Positions 1 to 12,409 of a DNA stretch of 64,000 nt are shown here, one piece after another. The stretch lies in the NCBI GenBank assembly GCA_043228905.1, contig JBHGNT010000001.1, positions 21,762,001-21,826,000 of the forward strand, in the 5' to 3' direction. Below the pieces are notes generated by a model, which was not told the origin of the DNA, searched no databases, and saw only the letters and a list, made by a program, of their open reading frames with translations. The position numbers were made by a program, and so were the translations under genes. Position 1 is the stretch's first letter, and every line of letters starts with the position of its first letter. Source of the stretch: Azolla caroliniana (taxonomy: Eukaryota; Plantae; Polypodiophyta).

Positions 1-346
1 AACATTCTATGATCCACTCATAGACACAAAGTAATAGATTTTGGCCCTGCTTATATACTGTGGGATCCTTATTTGTCGTATCTATGTGGGATATCTCGTA
101 GTTTTGTTTTTTTCTCTTCTTCTTCGCAAACTTTATACCCACATAACTTGCCACTTAGTTGTTTGTTTCTTATGTGGTAAAGTGTATTCGAAAGTCCTTG
201 AAGACCTTCATCTTTTTGTACCAAGATATTAAACTAGTATAAAATAGTATCTTCACTATTATTGTTTTATGTTGTGTGTGAAAAACCACACTCGATTTTG
301 TACATTGCTCGCAATTTTCACACCATTTCCAAAAATCTTCACGACA
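1..346 (-). repeat. 5' part of the 3' LTR of gypsy-derived element X (runs off the window start)
   Basis: Minus strand reads GGTTTGGTGGGGGTGGA|TGTCGTGAAG, the same PPT and LTR start as G3 (18381) and G4 (49636). Confidence 0.75.
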
Positions 347-2329
347 TCCACCCCCACCAAACCAGACGTCCTCCGATACGTGCCAAGAAGAGAGAGTGTG
401 AGATTTTGGCTATGGTGATTAGTATGATTCTTTTTTTCTTTTCTTTTTTTGAGCATGTCCATTCCCTTCACTCGAACCATTATCGCCACCCAATCTACCA
501 TACCATTCGCTCTTTCTTTGCTTTACCATGACTAGTTGTCACGTCCCCTTGTTCTCTTTCCGAACATAATTGTTTCGAGGCTTTATGCATGTTCCACATT
601 TGTCCTGATCGTCTCCTTGCTCAAGGCACTTTGACTCGTCACAATTTTTGTTTTATGTTTTTCTCCGCAAGCCTTTATCAGAATAATGACATTGACTACC
701 CCATGTAGTACCTTCAAGTGCATGCCCACTTTGAGATCCTTATGCAACCATGCTCTATGTTTCTCACTTTGTCCAGATTCATGATACAATCCCATGTTAG
801 AGTTGAAAATCTTCACATTAGCATCTTTGCTAGATGTTTTGATCACATCCTTCGAATCCTGATGGCTTGCTTGGCCATCGTTATCCCTTGTCATTCTTTG
901 CCCAGATTCTTTGTTGTACACATCAACTTTTGTCTGTATGCGATGCTTGACCTCTTCCTCCCACACATAAGCTTCAACCCTTGCTTCTTCGTCGTCACTG
1001 TGCTTCTCTTGGGTCTTACATTGGTTAATGCCCAAGTCTCCAGAACGAGTGTGGAGGGATCCATACATTTGCATCATCCGCCTTTTTCGTGTCGCACTTA
1101 CCCATTTCCATCTTAAAGTTGTTCAAATCAGCATTGACCTTTGCTTCCTCGCCACCAGTTTCTGTCTCTTGGGTCTTACCTCGGTTAATGCCTAAGTCTC
1201 TAGAACAATTGCGGGGAAAGGCTCTTCATGGCCATTCACCATCTTCGTCTTGACGTCATTTTCCATAGCTATCTCTTCAAACTCATGGGCCTCATACCCA
1301 TTGATCCTTTTTATTGAGCAATCCTTTATTAAGTTTCTCTCTTCATCGCATGTATTAGTTTCGACCTTCGGTTCTTCGCCATCACCTCCCGTCTTTTGGG
1401 TCTTACATCGGTTCTCAGACGCAATTGCCCAAGTCTCTGGAACAAGTGTGGAGAAAATTTGGCCGTCATCATTATCTGTATTATCTTGGTCCTTCTATTC
1501 CTTTTCGCCACCAACCATCTCGTGGGTCTCACATTGGTTCCCAGACGCAAGTGCCCAAGTCTCTAGATGAAGTGTTAGGAAAGTCTCCACATGACCATCT
1601 GCCATCGACTCAGCCATAGCCATCTCCGACTCGATGTTGTTTTTCGTGGCTATCTCTTCAATCTCATGGGCCTTGCACCCATTGACCCTCTTGATCTAAC
1701 AAGCTTCGATTATGCTTCTCTCTTTAGCTTCGACCTTTGGTTCTTCGCCATCACCTTCCGTCTCTTGGGTCTCAAGTTGGTTAGCGGACCCAACTGCCCA
1801 AGTCTTTCGAACAAGTGCGGAGAAAATCTGGCCATGGTCATTGTCGACGCTTATTATCTTGTTCATAGCCTCTTCCTCGATGTTGATTTTAGTGGCTAGA
1901 TCCTTCATCAAGTCGATCTCACACTCTTTATCTCCCTTAATGCAAGCTTAGTTTTGGCTTGCTCCTTCATCATCCGATGTTTCAAACATGATGCGCATCC
2001 TGAAACATTTGTCCTCCTATGAAGTGGCCTTCGCCGTCCTCGAGTCATCATCAATCTTCTTTTCGTGTAGGATGTTGTTTAGGCAGCTCAACTTCTTTAG
2101 ATGGTCTTGATTTTTCTACGCTTTGTCTTACCAAGTCAATATCATCAAGCCATTGAAGAGGCTTGTCAAGCTTGTTGCATGCTCGCTTCACCGCAATCCT
2201 GTCTGCCACAAGTCTGTTCGCTTGGGTATCATCTTCGAGGAGAGTCCCCAATTCTCGTCTATCCTTCATGTCCACGGCTTTCAAGAAGTACAAAGTATTG
2301 TCCTCCTCAAGTAGCACTTGTTCTGTTGC
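347..2329 (-). mobile_element. Internal region of degenerate gypsy-derived element X (gag remnant, repeat block, PPT; no recognisable pol)
   Basis: PPT at 347-358. ORF 2051..2317 (FLKAVDMKDRRELGTLLEDD…VKRACNKLDK) matches the G3 gag fragment at 45668..45925 (GLLLETDDGLTADWAMVKRVCNRFDK). Confidence 0.65.
960..1850. repeat. About 5 degenerate dispersed copies of a ~100 bp unit (…TCTTGGGTCTTAC…GCCCAAGTCTCTAGAACAAG…)
   Basis: Copies near 980, 1145, 1365, 1500 and 1735. Confidence 0.8.
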
Positions 2330-3052
2330 CTTAGGCAGAATTGGTGAAAAAGGTGTATGAACCGGCCCTTACGCGCGGGCACAAGTATTGATAAGATATA
2401 CATAATTAGGAATAGGCATGCGGGATGTGCATATCCTAGGAAGGATGTATCAATAGGCTAGTAAATCGAAGCGGATCTCTGTCCAAAGGGACAGAGAATA
2501 AAGGTGATGTGACCAGGATGTAACGGTCCTTCCCCGGCGGCCTATAAAAGGGAGGGGAGAAGACTTAAAGGGTATTGCATTTTGGCGGAACGAGGTGCTG
2601 TCAGACTGGGAACCGAGCTCTCTCCTCCACTATTGTTGTTTTCTGCAGGTTTTCTGAGTGGGTTGCCTCTACTTCGAGGAAAGCCCGTGTGCTTCCCAAC
2701 AAAGGCTCTACTGTGTGTGTGCATGGGTGTGTGATTGTCTGGGTTGGGTCTGTTGCCGGTTATCCGACTGTAATCTTGCGAACATTGTAACCTTTATTGT
2801 TATTGGAATCAAATCTCTTGTTTCCCTCTCTCTATGTTTCTGTGAGTCTCTCTTTTATGCGAGTGTGCATCTTGTTCAGATACGCATTAGTGGTTCATTC
2901 AGCCGACAAGCACTGTCAGTTGCAAACGGGCCTAACCGGCCCTACGCTTGCACTCTTCTCCCACTCCGCCTTCTTCTTCTCTCTCTTGCTCCTCAGTTCA
3001 GGGCCCCCGCAGTCCCAACTTATTTCCTACGCGAAAGTGGAACAACACGACA
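2330..3052 (+). repeat. G3-family gypsy LTR, 5'-truncated by about 19 bp
   Basis: Inverted homolog of 17647..18381. TATA-like CCTATAAAAG at 2541. Ends AACAACACGACA and abuts copia integrase sequence with no PBS. Confidence 0.85.
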
Positions 3053-3920
3053 CCGGAGCCAAAACAAGCTCGACTTGATACATTCAAATGTATGGGGACC
3101 TGTATAGAACGTGATCTTAGGTGGGAGCCAATATTTAGTCTCCTTCATTGATGACTACAACCAACACACATGGATTTACCTCATTGAGAAGAAAAGCAAA
3201 GTCTTTGACTGTTTCCGGAACTTACCACGCTTAGTCGAAGGGGAAATTGACAAGAAGATAAAGTGCCTGCGGTCGGATGGTGGAAAAGAATATTTTTCTA
3301 GCCAATTCAATAGTTATCTGCAATAGAAGGGAATTCAACGAGAATTTAGTTGCAGATATACGCCGGAACAATTCAGTAGCTGAGAGGAAGAACCGGTTTG
3401 TTGTGGAAGCGGCAAGGTCGATGTTAGAGGAAAAGAGCATGCCCAAGTCTACTAGGCTAAAGTGGTCCAACTAGCCAATTCAATAGTTATCTGCAATAGA
3501 AGGGAATTCAACGAGAATTTAGTTGCAGATATACGCCGGAACAATTCAGTAGCTGAGAGGAAGAACCGGTTTGTTGTGGAAGCGGCAAGGGCGATGTTAG
3601 AGGAAAAGAGCATGCCCAAGTCTACTAGGCTAAAGTGGTCCAAACTACCGTTGACATCCAAAATTGGATCAGGGAGAAGGTGTCGGCACATGAGCTGTAT
3701 TTCGGGCGGAAACCGAACTTACGACACTTGAGGATATTCGACAACATTGCCTATGTGCATGTGCTCGACGAGAAGAGGAGGAAGTTGGACCCAAAGTCGG
3801 AGAAATGCATATTGGTGAACTACTCTCATGAGTAGAAGGGGAATAAGTGTTATAACCCCCCGACCAAACAAGTTCAAGTAAGTTGTGATGTCGAATTCAA
3901 CGAGTGGACATCCTGGTACT
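3053..3920 (+). pseudogene. Copia integrase core remnant of B1, with a 173-bp tandem duplication (3298-3470/3471-3643)
   Basis: ORF fragments 3111..3326, 3277..3474, 3462..3731 and 3635..3835 carry rve motifs, stops and frameshifts. Confidence 0.9.
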
Positions 3921-4170
3921 CCCTACCAACTCCGACCACCCGATCACTGAGGATGACATCAATGAGCCTGAAATGATCCGGGCAGAAGAAAAAGAAGACA
4001 TCGGAGCTCTACAGGAGAGTCCGATTTCAATCCGGCTAAATGGGACAAATTAGAGACTAAGTTAGTACGACCAGTTGGATGATGAGCAACCGAGTAGTGG
4101 AGACTCGGTCGTGCTCTCCCCGCGCAAGGAGCCAAGGAAACAGTTCATGTGGAAGGAAAAAGGGAAGAAG

Positions 4171-4742
4171 TGTTGGGAAACAGGTCCCCTCCGGATGGGA
4201 TCAGACGAGCCGAAGGAAAGGACGAGCCGGATCAGACGAGCCGAAGGAAAGGACCAGATCGGATGGATACGGAAGATATCTAGAAACTGGATCGGATGGA
4301 TCCGGTTGGTATCCAGTCAGACATTAGCTTATGTATATGTTCTGATGTGACTGTTTCAACTCATATTTGTAAATAGCCCCAAAGTTATATATGTATAAAT
4401 ATAACTAGGGAAACACTTTTTTTTGTTTTTGTTGTGTTGAAGTTGTATAGAGAGATAGAGTGTGAGAGATAGAGAGAGACAAAAAGCTCGTTATGCTGTA
4501 ACTGCCGTTTGGCGGAGATACTAAGCTCAAGATCATTGCCTGTACATCTCATTTGGTTGTATCTCTCCACTATAGTGATCTTGATCAGAATCAGAGAAAT
4601 CCCGGGTTTTCCGCGATTAGGGTTTTCACGTTAATATCCTGTGTCGACCCAATTTTTGTGTGTAACTGCATTAATCTTTATTTTTGTTCTAATTCTTCCA
4701 TTGTGATTAAGACTCAGTTGAGGCCGAGCCCTATATCGTACA
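4171..4742 (+). repeat. 5' LTR of A3
   Basis: TGTTGGGA…TCGTACA followed by AAC and a tRNA-iMet-type PBS. Confidence 0.9.
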
Positions 4743-7700
4743 AACTGGTATCAAAGAGAAGTTCCAAACCTCAAGCAAAGAAAGAAAATGGAAGAGTCAT
4801 TCGGTAGCATGTTCAAGGTCACCGGCTCCAACTACGCAGTATGGAAGTCGAAGATGAGGGACATGTTGGTGGTCAAAGATCTCTAATTGCCAGTACAGTT
4901 CGGAGATGCAAGACCAGACAAGATAGATGCTCCAATGTGGGAGGTAATGCACATGAAGACAACAACCTACATCTGATGCTTCATCAACATGAGCCTGTAC
5001 AACAACCTCAATGAAGAGAGTACGGCTCATGAACTCTGGGAGAAGATAGGTTCCTCCTTGATAGTTCGGAGACGTTGGTTCTCACTTTGGGCAACGCCGG
5101 GTCAGAAGGGAAACACTTATCCCTAGCAAGAGTAAAGCCAAGCTTGCTAGATGAAGAAGCTCTCTAGAAGGACTAGGAATTCGGAACCGATCTAAAGGCC
5201 TTAGTAATAGAAGACAATAATAACTGGGGAAGAGTCCGGAATCGGAGCCCCATGAACCGGGACAAATCGGGGACAAGGTCGAAGTTAAGGGGGAGGCCAA
5301 CTTGCTTTTATTGTTGAAAATGAGGGCACTTCTAGAAGAATTGCCGACATTTCCAGAAGGAGAAAGGAACCGAGAACGCCGACTCAAAGAAGGGTCCGGA
5401 CCGAAGGATTTTGGATCAGAAAGGAACATTGACAATCGCGACAAGTGAAGAAGAATTGCTGCTTATCACCGAGGAGAGTGTGTTACATGTTGTCAGCAAC
5501 GAGATGACATGGGTGGTTGACTCCGGAGTGACGTTCCCTCTTACTCCTGACTTGAAGTGCTTCACATCCTACAGAGCCTGAGATCATGGTTGTGTGAGGA
5601 TGGGGAATGAAGGTGCATGCCGGATTGTTGGTATAGAAGACGTGTGTTTAATGATGTCAATCAGGTGCAAGTTACTACTGAAAGATGTCCTACACATCCT
5701 GGAGGTTCGGTTGAATCTGATATCAGCTAGTAGGTTGGATGATGAAAGCTACATGGGTAGCATCCAGAATAGAGTCATGAAGTTCAGCAAAGGGAGCTTG
5801 ATCGTGGCCCGAGCCCGAAAGATCAACACGTTGTACCTAATGCATGCCTGGATATGCCGGGAAGAAGTGAACATGGTATCCAACACTATCATTGACCTGT
5901 GGCAAAAGTGGTTGTGCCACATGAGCCAGAAGGGAATGCAGAGACTTACTGAAGAGAATCTCATACCGGAGGTGAAAGGCATGCAACTTGAGAAGTGCAT
6001 GGACTGTTTGGTTGCAAAGCAGAACCGAAGCTCTTTCCGGTCGAGATCACCGACAAGACTAAAAGAACAACTAGAGCTTATGCATACCGATGTATGCCAA
6101 TTGGACACGACGTCACATGCTAGATCGTAGTACTTCGTGACATTCATAGATGACCACAACCGGAAGCTATGGGTCTCACTACTGAGGACGAAGCATCAGG
6201 TGTTGACTGTCTTCAAGGAATTCCACGCAAGAGTTGAAAGGGAAACCGGCCGGAAGCCAAAGGCGTTTCGAGCGGACAATAGAGGCGAATACCGGGGGCA
6301 GTTGGAGCAGTACTGCCGATCAAAAGGAATCCGACTTCGAATTTACTGTGCCGAAGACACTAGAGCTGAATGAATTGGTTGAAAGGATGAACCAGACTGT
6401 GATGGAGAGAGTCTGGAGCATGTTGGCACATGCTAAGCTGCCCAAGAAGTTTTGGGTGGAGGAGCTAATGACAGTGATGTATGTGATAAATAGATCACCC
6501 TCAGTGCCCTTGGACGGAGACACACCACAGAGAGTATGGACTGGTAAAGACGTGTCTTACCAGCACTTGAAGGTGTTCGGTTGTCTCGCCTACGTACATG
6601 TAGCAAACGACATGAAGGTTCTCCGGAATCGGGACATAGTCTTCATGGAAGACAAGACCATTACCGAATTACCGACTAGGAGTCAGAGAAGAAGATAGTG
6701 GACTCCAGATTGACCAATAGAGATCGGTTGCAAGATGCAAGGATACATTCAATCGGAAGTCGGATGTCAGTGGAGGACCATGATGAATAGCCCGGATTCA
6801 GACAAATAAAACCGAACCGACCGAAGAAGAATCGAACACTAGAACCGGACAAGGCCCCTAATTGGATTCAGATAAAGAATAGATGGAGGAGTCGGTGGTG
6901 GAAGACCAAGGGAGGAGATACCCTTTGAGAGAGAAGCCCCCCCCTTTCCCAGAGATTTCCGGATGCAGAGCATGTTTTATTGACCGACGAGGGGGAGCCG
7001 GAAAGCTTTGAAGAAGCAAAGAAAGACACCCATAGTCGCAAGTGGTTAAGTGCCATGCAGAATGAGATGGATTCCCTAGATGAGAACCACACATATGAAT
7101 TGATGGAGCTGCTGAAAGGAAAGAGTGCACTCCAGAACAAGTGGGTGTACAAACTGAAACCGGAAGATGCCAGAAACCCACCGAGATACAAATCACGGAT
7201 CATGGTGAAGGGTTTCCAGCAGAAGAAGAGATCTACATGCAACAACCGGAAGTCTCATGTATGCAATGGTGTGTACATGACCAGACATTGGATACACAGT
7301 CGGAGTGGTAAGCCGGTTTATGAGCAATCTGGGAAAGGACCACTAGGGAGCAATCAAGTGGATACTCTGGTACCTGAAAGGCACCTCGAGCATGTGCCTC
7401 CGATTCGGCTCCCATAAACCTGTATTGCAAGGCTTCCCCGATTCGGACATGTCGGCTGATGTAGATACCAATCGGTCTACATCCGGATATGTCATGACAT
7501 ATGCAGGGGGAGTTGTATTGTGGTAGTCGAGGTTGCAGAAGTCCGTTGCACTGTCGACAATGGAAGCGGAATACATGGCAGTTGTAGAAGCCGGTAAAGA
7601 GGTAACCTGGATGAAGGACTTCATCAAAGAGCTAGGGATCCGATTGGAGGAATTCCGTCTCTACTATGATAGTCAAAGTGCCATCCACCTCATGAAGAAC

Positions 7701-7911
7701 GTGGCCTACCATTCCTGGACCAAGCACATCTAGAGGAGATATCACTGGCTCTGGGAGAAAGTAGAAGATAAAGAGTTTTCGCTAATGAAGATTCACATGG
7801 AGGAGAATGGGCCGGACATGTTGACCAAGGTGCTATCAGCCAACAAGCTTGAAGTGTGCCAGAGAGGGATCAAACCAATGAGACATCCCCTGCCGGCGTG
7901 AAGGTGGAGTT

Positions 7912-8386
7912 TGTTGGGAAATAGGTCCCTCCGGATGGGATCCGGATGAGAACTGGACGAGCCTAAGGAAAGGACCAGACCGGATGGATCTAGAAGATAT
8001 CCTAAAACCAGATCGGATGGATCCGGTTGGTATATGGTCAGACATTAGCTTATGCATATGTTTCGATGTGACTGTTTTAGTTCATATTTGTAAATAGCCC
8101 CAAAGTTATATATGTATAAATATAACAAGGGTAACATTGTTTTTTGTTGTTGTTGTGTTGAAGTTGTATAGAGAGATAGAGTGTGCAAGATAGAGACACA
8201 CAGAAAGCTCCTTCTATTGTAACCTTCAATTGGTGAAGATATCGAGCTCAAGGTCGTTGCCTCTGAGTCTCATTCGATTGTATCTCTCCTCTATAGTGAT
8301 CCTGTTCAGAGTCAGAGAACTCCCGTGGTTTTCCCCGATTAGGGTTTCCACGTTAATATCTTGTGTCAACCCAATTTTTTGTGTGT
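7912..8386 (+). repeat. Internal, 3'-truncated LTR copy of A3
   Basis: PPT GTGAAGGTGGAGT then TGTTGGGAAA; aligns to 4171-4665. Confidence 0.85.
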
Positions 8387-9084
8387 CAAATGAGCAAGGC
8401 AGAGAAGTTGGAAATGATGAAGATATTGTATGCCTCTGTTGTCGGAAGTCTCATGTATGCAATGTTGTGTACACAACCGGACATTGGATACACAGTCGGA
8501 GTGGTACGCCGATTCATGAGCAATCCGGGAATGGACCACTAGGGAGCATTCAAGTGGATACTCCGTTACTTGAAAGGAACCTCGAACATGTGCCTCCGAT
8601 TCGGCTCTGGTAAACCCCTATTGGAAGGCTTCATTGATTTAGACATGTCGGCTAATGTAGATACTAGACGATCTAAATCCGGATACGTCATGACATATGC
8701 AGGGGGAGTTGTATTGTGGCCGTAGAGGCTACAGAAGTCCGTTGCACTGTGGACAATGGAAGCGGAGTACATGGAGGATGTAGAAGTCGGTAAAGAGGTA
8801 ACTTGGATGAAGAACTTGATTAGAGACCTAGGGACCCAACAGGAGGAATTCCATCTCTACTTTGACAGTCAAAGTGCCATGCACCTTGCGAAGAACACGG
8901 CCTACCATTCCCACACCAAGTACATGCAGAGGAGATACCACTATCTTCGGGAGAAAGTAGAAGATAAAGAGTTTCCGCCGACAAAGATTCACACAGAGGA
9001 GAATGTGTCGGGCATGTTGACCAAGGTGTTGTCAACCGACAACCTGGAAGTGTGTCGGAAACAGATCAGAGTGAAGGGGGAGTT

Positions 9085-9587
9085 TGTCGGGAAACAGTCC
9101 CTCCAGATAGGATCCGGGTGAGACGTGGACGAGCCAAAGGAAAGGACCAAACCGGATGGATCTGAAAGATATCGGGAAACTAGATCGGATGGATCCAGTT
9201 GCTATTCGGTCAGACATTAGATTATGCATATGTTCCGATGTGACTGTTTTAGGTCATATTTGTAAATAGCCTCAAAGTTATATATGTATAAACATAACCA
9301 AGGCAACATTTGTTTTTTGTTGTTGTTCTGTGGAAGTTGTATAGAGGGACAGAGTGTGAGAGATAGAGAGACATAGAAAGCTCCTTCTATTGCAACTGCC
9401 ATTTGGCGAAGATATCGAGCTCAAGGTCATTGCCTCTGAGTCTCATTCGATTGTATCTCTCCTGTATAGTGATCCTATTCGGAGTCTGAGAACTCCCGTG
9501 GTTTTCCACGTTAATATCCTATGTCGACCCAATTTTTGTGTGTAAGTGCATAAATCTTTATTTGTGTTTTGATTCTTCCATTGTGTA
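9085..9587 (+). repeat. 3' LTR of A3 (deletion near its end)
   Basis: PPT GAGTGAAGGGGGAGTT then TGTCGGGAAAC; followed by the TSD. Confidence 0.8.
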
Positions 9588-9749
9588 AGAAGATGACGGA
9601 ATACAAGACTAAGAAAGAATAGTCAAATCGGAGTGACTCCGATTCCAGCAAACATGAAGATGGACCTTCGGAGACGAAGTCCGAGTCGACCAAGAGGGCC
9701 CTCATATCGGCAAATCAGAAGTTGGTGATCGACCCACCAGAAGAATCAC

Positions 9750-11430
9750 GTGAAGCAGTATGGTTATAACGAGTATATCGCGCATCACTACACGTACATG
9801 ATGAAAGTGGTGGAAGTGCGTGAGACGGAGAGCTACGTAGAAGCGGCAAAAGACGCAAATTGGCGTGCCACTATGGAGGAAGAGAAGCAGTATGGTTATA
9901 ATGAGTATATCGCGCATCACTACACGTACATGATGAAAGTGGTGGAAGTGCGTGAGCCGGAGAGCTATGTAGAAGTGGCAAAAGACGCAAATTGGCGTGC
10001 CACAATGGAGGAAGAGATGCGAGCACTAATGGAGAATGAGACTTGGAACCTAGTTCACGGCCCCAAGGGCGTGACGCCGACCGAATGCAGGTGGGTGTAC
10101 AAGATCAAGCACAACGTTGACTGCTCAATCAACCGGTACAAGGCCCGGTTAGCGGCCAAGGCCTATGTACAACAACACGGCATCGATTATGATGAGACAT
10201 TCGCATCGGTCGCGAAGATGACGATCGTTCGTGTCTTGCTTGCGGTCGCTGTGGCGAAAGGTTGGCATTTGCACCAACGACCGACCGTCGAACACCTTCA
10301 GTGCACGCATCGACTACTACGATATGTGAGTGGCACTAAAGATCGAGGACTATTGTACTGACACAGTATAACCGAACAATTAGTTACAGATGCCGACTAG
10401 GTAGGTGATGCATCGGATCTTCGGTCAACATCCGGCTTTATGTTTTCTCTTGGTACCATGGTTGTTCCGTGGCATAGGAAGAAGCAGCCAACAATGGCTC
10501 TATCGAGCACCGACGCTGAGTATCGAGGACCTACCATCACGACCTATGAAGCCATATGGCTTCAGCAGCTATTGGAGGATCTCCAGATCGAAGTACTAGC
10601 CCCGATCCCAATCTACTACGATAACATAAGGAGCATGCAGCTGGCCAAGAAACCTATCTTCCATGCTCGAACGAAGCACGTAGAAGTGCATTATCACTTT
10701 GTCCGCGAGCGGGTCCTTAGCGGTGAAGTCGAACTCCGATATGTTTAAACCGATTGGCAGGTTGCCAACATCTTGATCAATCCACTCGGATCAGACAACT
10801 TGCAACACTTTTTGGAGATGCTTGGGCTACAACATCTTGACATGCCACACTTGAGGGGGAGAACTAGAACAAGAACCGGGAGAATAGGTAAAGGCATAGC
10901 TGAAGAGAAGGAGGAAAAGACTGAAACTGGGGGAGACAAGAAGAAAAAGGGAGCCGAGTCGAGTAGGTAGGTGATGCATCGGATCTTCGGTCAACATCCG
11001 GCTTTATGTTGTCTCTTGGTAGCATGGTTGTTCCATGGCATAGGAAGAAGCAGCCAACAATGGCTCTATCGAGCACCGACGCTGAGTATCGAGGACCTAC
11101 CATCGCGACCTATGAAGCCATATGGCTTCGGCAGCTATTGGAGGATCTCCAAATCGAAGTACTGGCACCGATCCCAATCTACTACGATAACATAAGGAGC
11201 ATGCAGTTGGCCAAGAAACCTATGTTCCATGCTCGAACGAAGCACGTAGAAGTGCATTATCACTTTGTCCGCGAGCGGGTCCTTAGCAGTGAAGTCGAAC
11301 TCCGATATGTTTAAACCGATTGGCAGGTTGCCGACATCTTGATCAATCCACTCGGATCAGACAACTTGCAACACTTTTTGGAGATGCTTAGGCTACAACA
11401 TCTTGACGTGCCACACTTGAGGGGGAGAAC
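9750..11430 (+). pseudogene. Copia RT/RNase H remnant of B1, with 132-bp and 566-bp tandem duplications and a large RT deletion
   Basis: ORFs 9750..10361, 10440..10748 and 11006..11314 (the last two near-identical). Confidence 0.9.
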
Positions 11431-11978
11431 TAGAACAAGAACCGGGAGAATAGGTAAAAGCACAGCCGAAGAGAAGGAGGAAAAGACTGAAACTAGGGGA
11501 GACAAGAAGAAAAAGGGAGTCGAGTTGAGTAAAGAAGTTGGCACATCTGATGAAGTTGGAATGAGTGGCTATGACAGTAGAGTCAAGAAGGAAAAAGCTG
11601 ACCAGAAGATGAAGGCCAAGACGCGGACATTGTCTAATGTTGTGAAGGGCCTAAAGATTGAAGAAGAATTGGAGACAACCAATTCAGACAAGATCTAGAA
11701 TGATTCGGAGGCAGCCGATTTGGAGGAGCCGAATCAACTGAAGGCCGCAAAAGTTGACATTGACATGGAGGAGCCGACGGGTCGAGAAGCGCCGAAGTCA
11801 CAGCAACAAAGGAGCAAATATGGGAATTATGATCAAACAAGCCAACCAGAAGGGTCAAGGTGTGCGGAACCAAACGGGTCATGGAAAGTGGAACCGGACA
11901 GGACAAGGAGCGCGAGCAAGGCATGAAGATGCAATGACAGATACCACGATTTGACCTCAAGTTCAGCTTGAGGGGGAG

Positions 11979-12409
11979 TGTTGAGCGGACAAGCTCAACA
12001 TGATCCGGATCGGCTAAATAAGCCAAAGCCGAATCGGTGTCCGGATATGTGTGTAATCGGTAGGGCTTTAGAGGCCTATGATCGTAGCCTAGTACGTAAG
12101 CATATTTTTAGGAGTTAGTGTCAGACGCTTGGTACGAGCATTGAAGTACTTGTCAATACTTCTGTCAGTCCTTTAAGGACTTGTATAAAGAGTGCTATGA
12201 TGCACATTTGTATGTGCAATGCACATAGAGTTTTTTTGAAATAGAGTTTTATTGTTCTACTCTCTCTGTCTCTAGAGTTTTACTGTTCTACTCTCTCTGT
12301 CTCTCCCGTGTACTGTGTATTCTTAAGCTTCCATTAAACCTTCACTTCTGCTTTTCTGTTGCTATGCAGTTGAGCCGGTTGTGTCTATGCTTCCGCACAT
12401 TAACTTTCA
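11979..12409 (+). repeat. 3' LTR of B1
   Basis: TGTTGAGC start after the PPT; homologous to the B2 LTRs; ends …AACTTTCA. Confidence 0.8.

Larger units (their letters stand above)
4171..9587 (+). mobile_element. Degenerate Ty1/copia element A3 with three LTR copies
   Basis: TSD AGAAG at 4166-4170 and 9588-9592. PBS TGGTATCAAAG at 4746. gag/IN/RT/RH fragments homologous to A1. Confidence 0.85.
3053..12409 (+). mobile_element. Ty1/copia element B1, 5'-truncated and interrupted by A3
   Basis: Integrase (LIHSNVWGP, LRSDGGKEY), RT (WVYKIKH…RYKARL), RNase H (KKQPTMALSSTDAEY, HARTKHVEVHYHFVRE), PPT TTGAGGGGGAG and 3' LTR. Confidence 0.9.
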
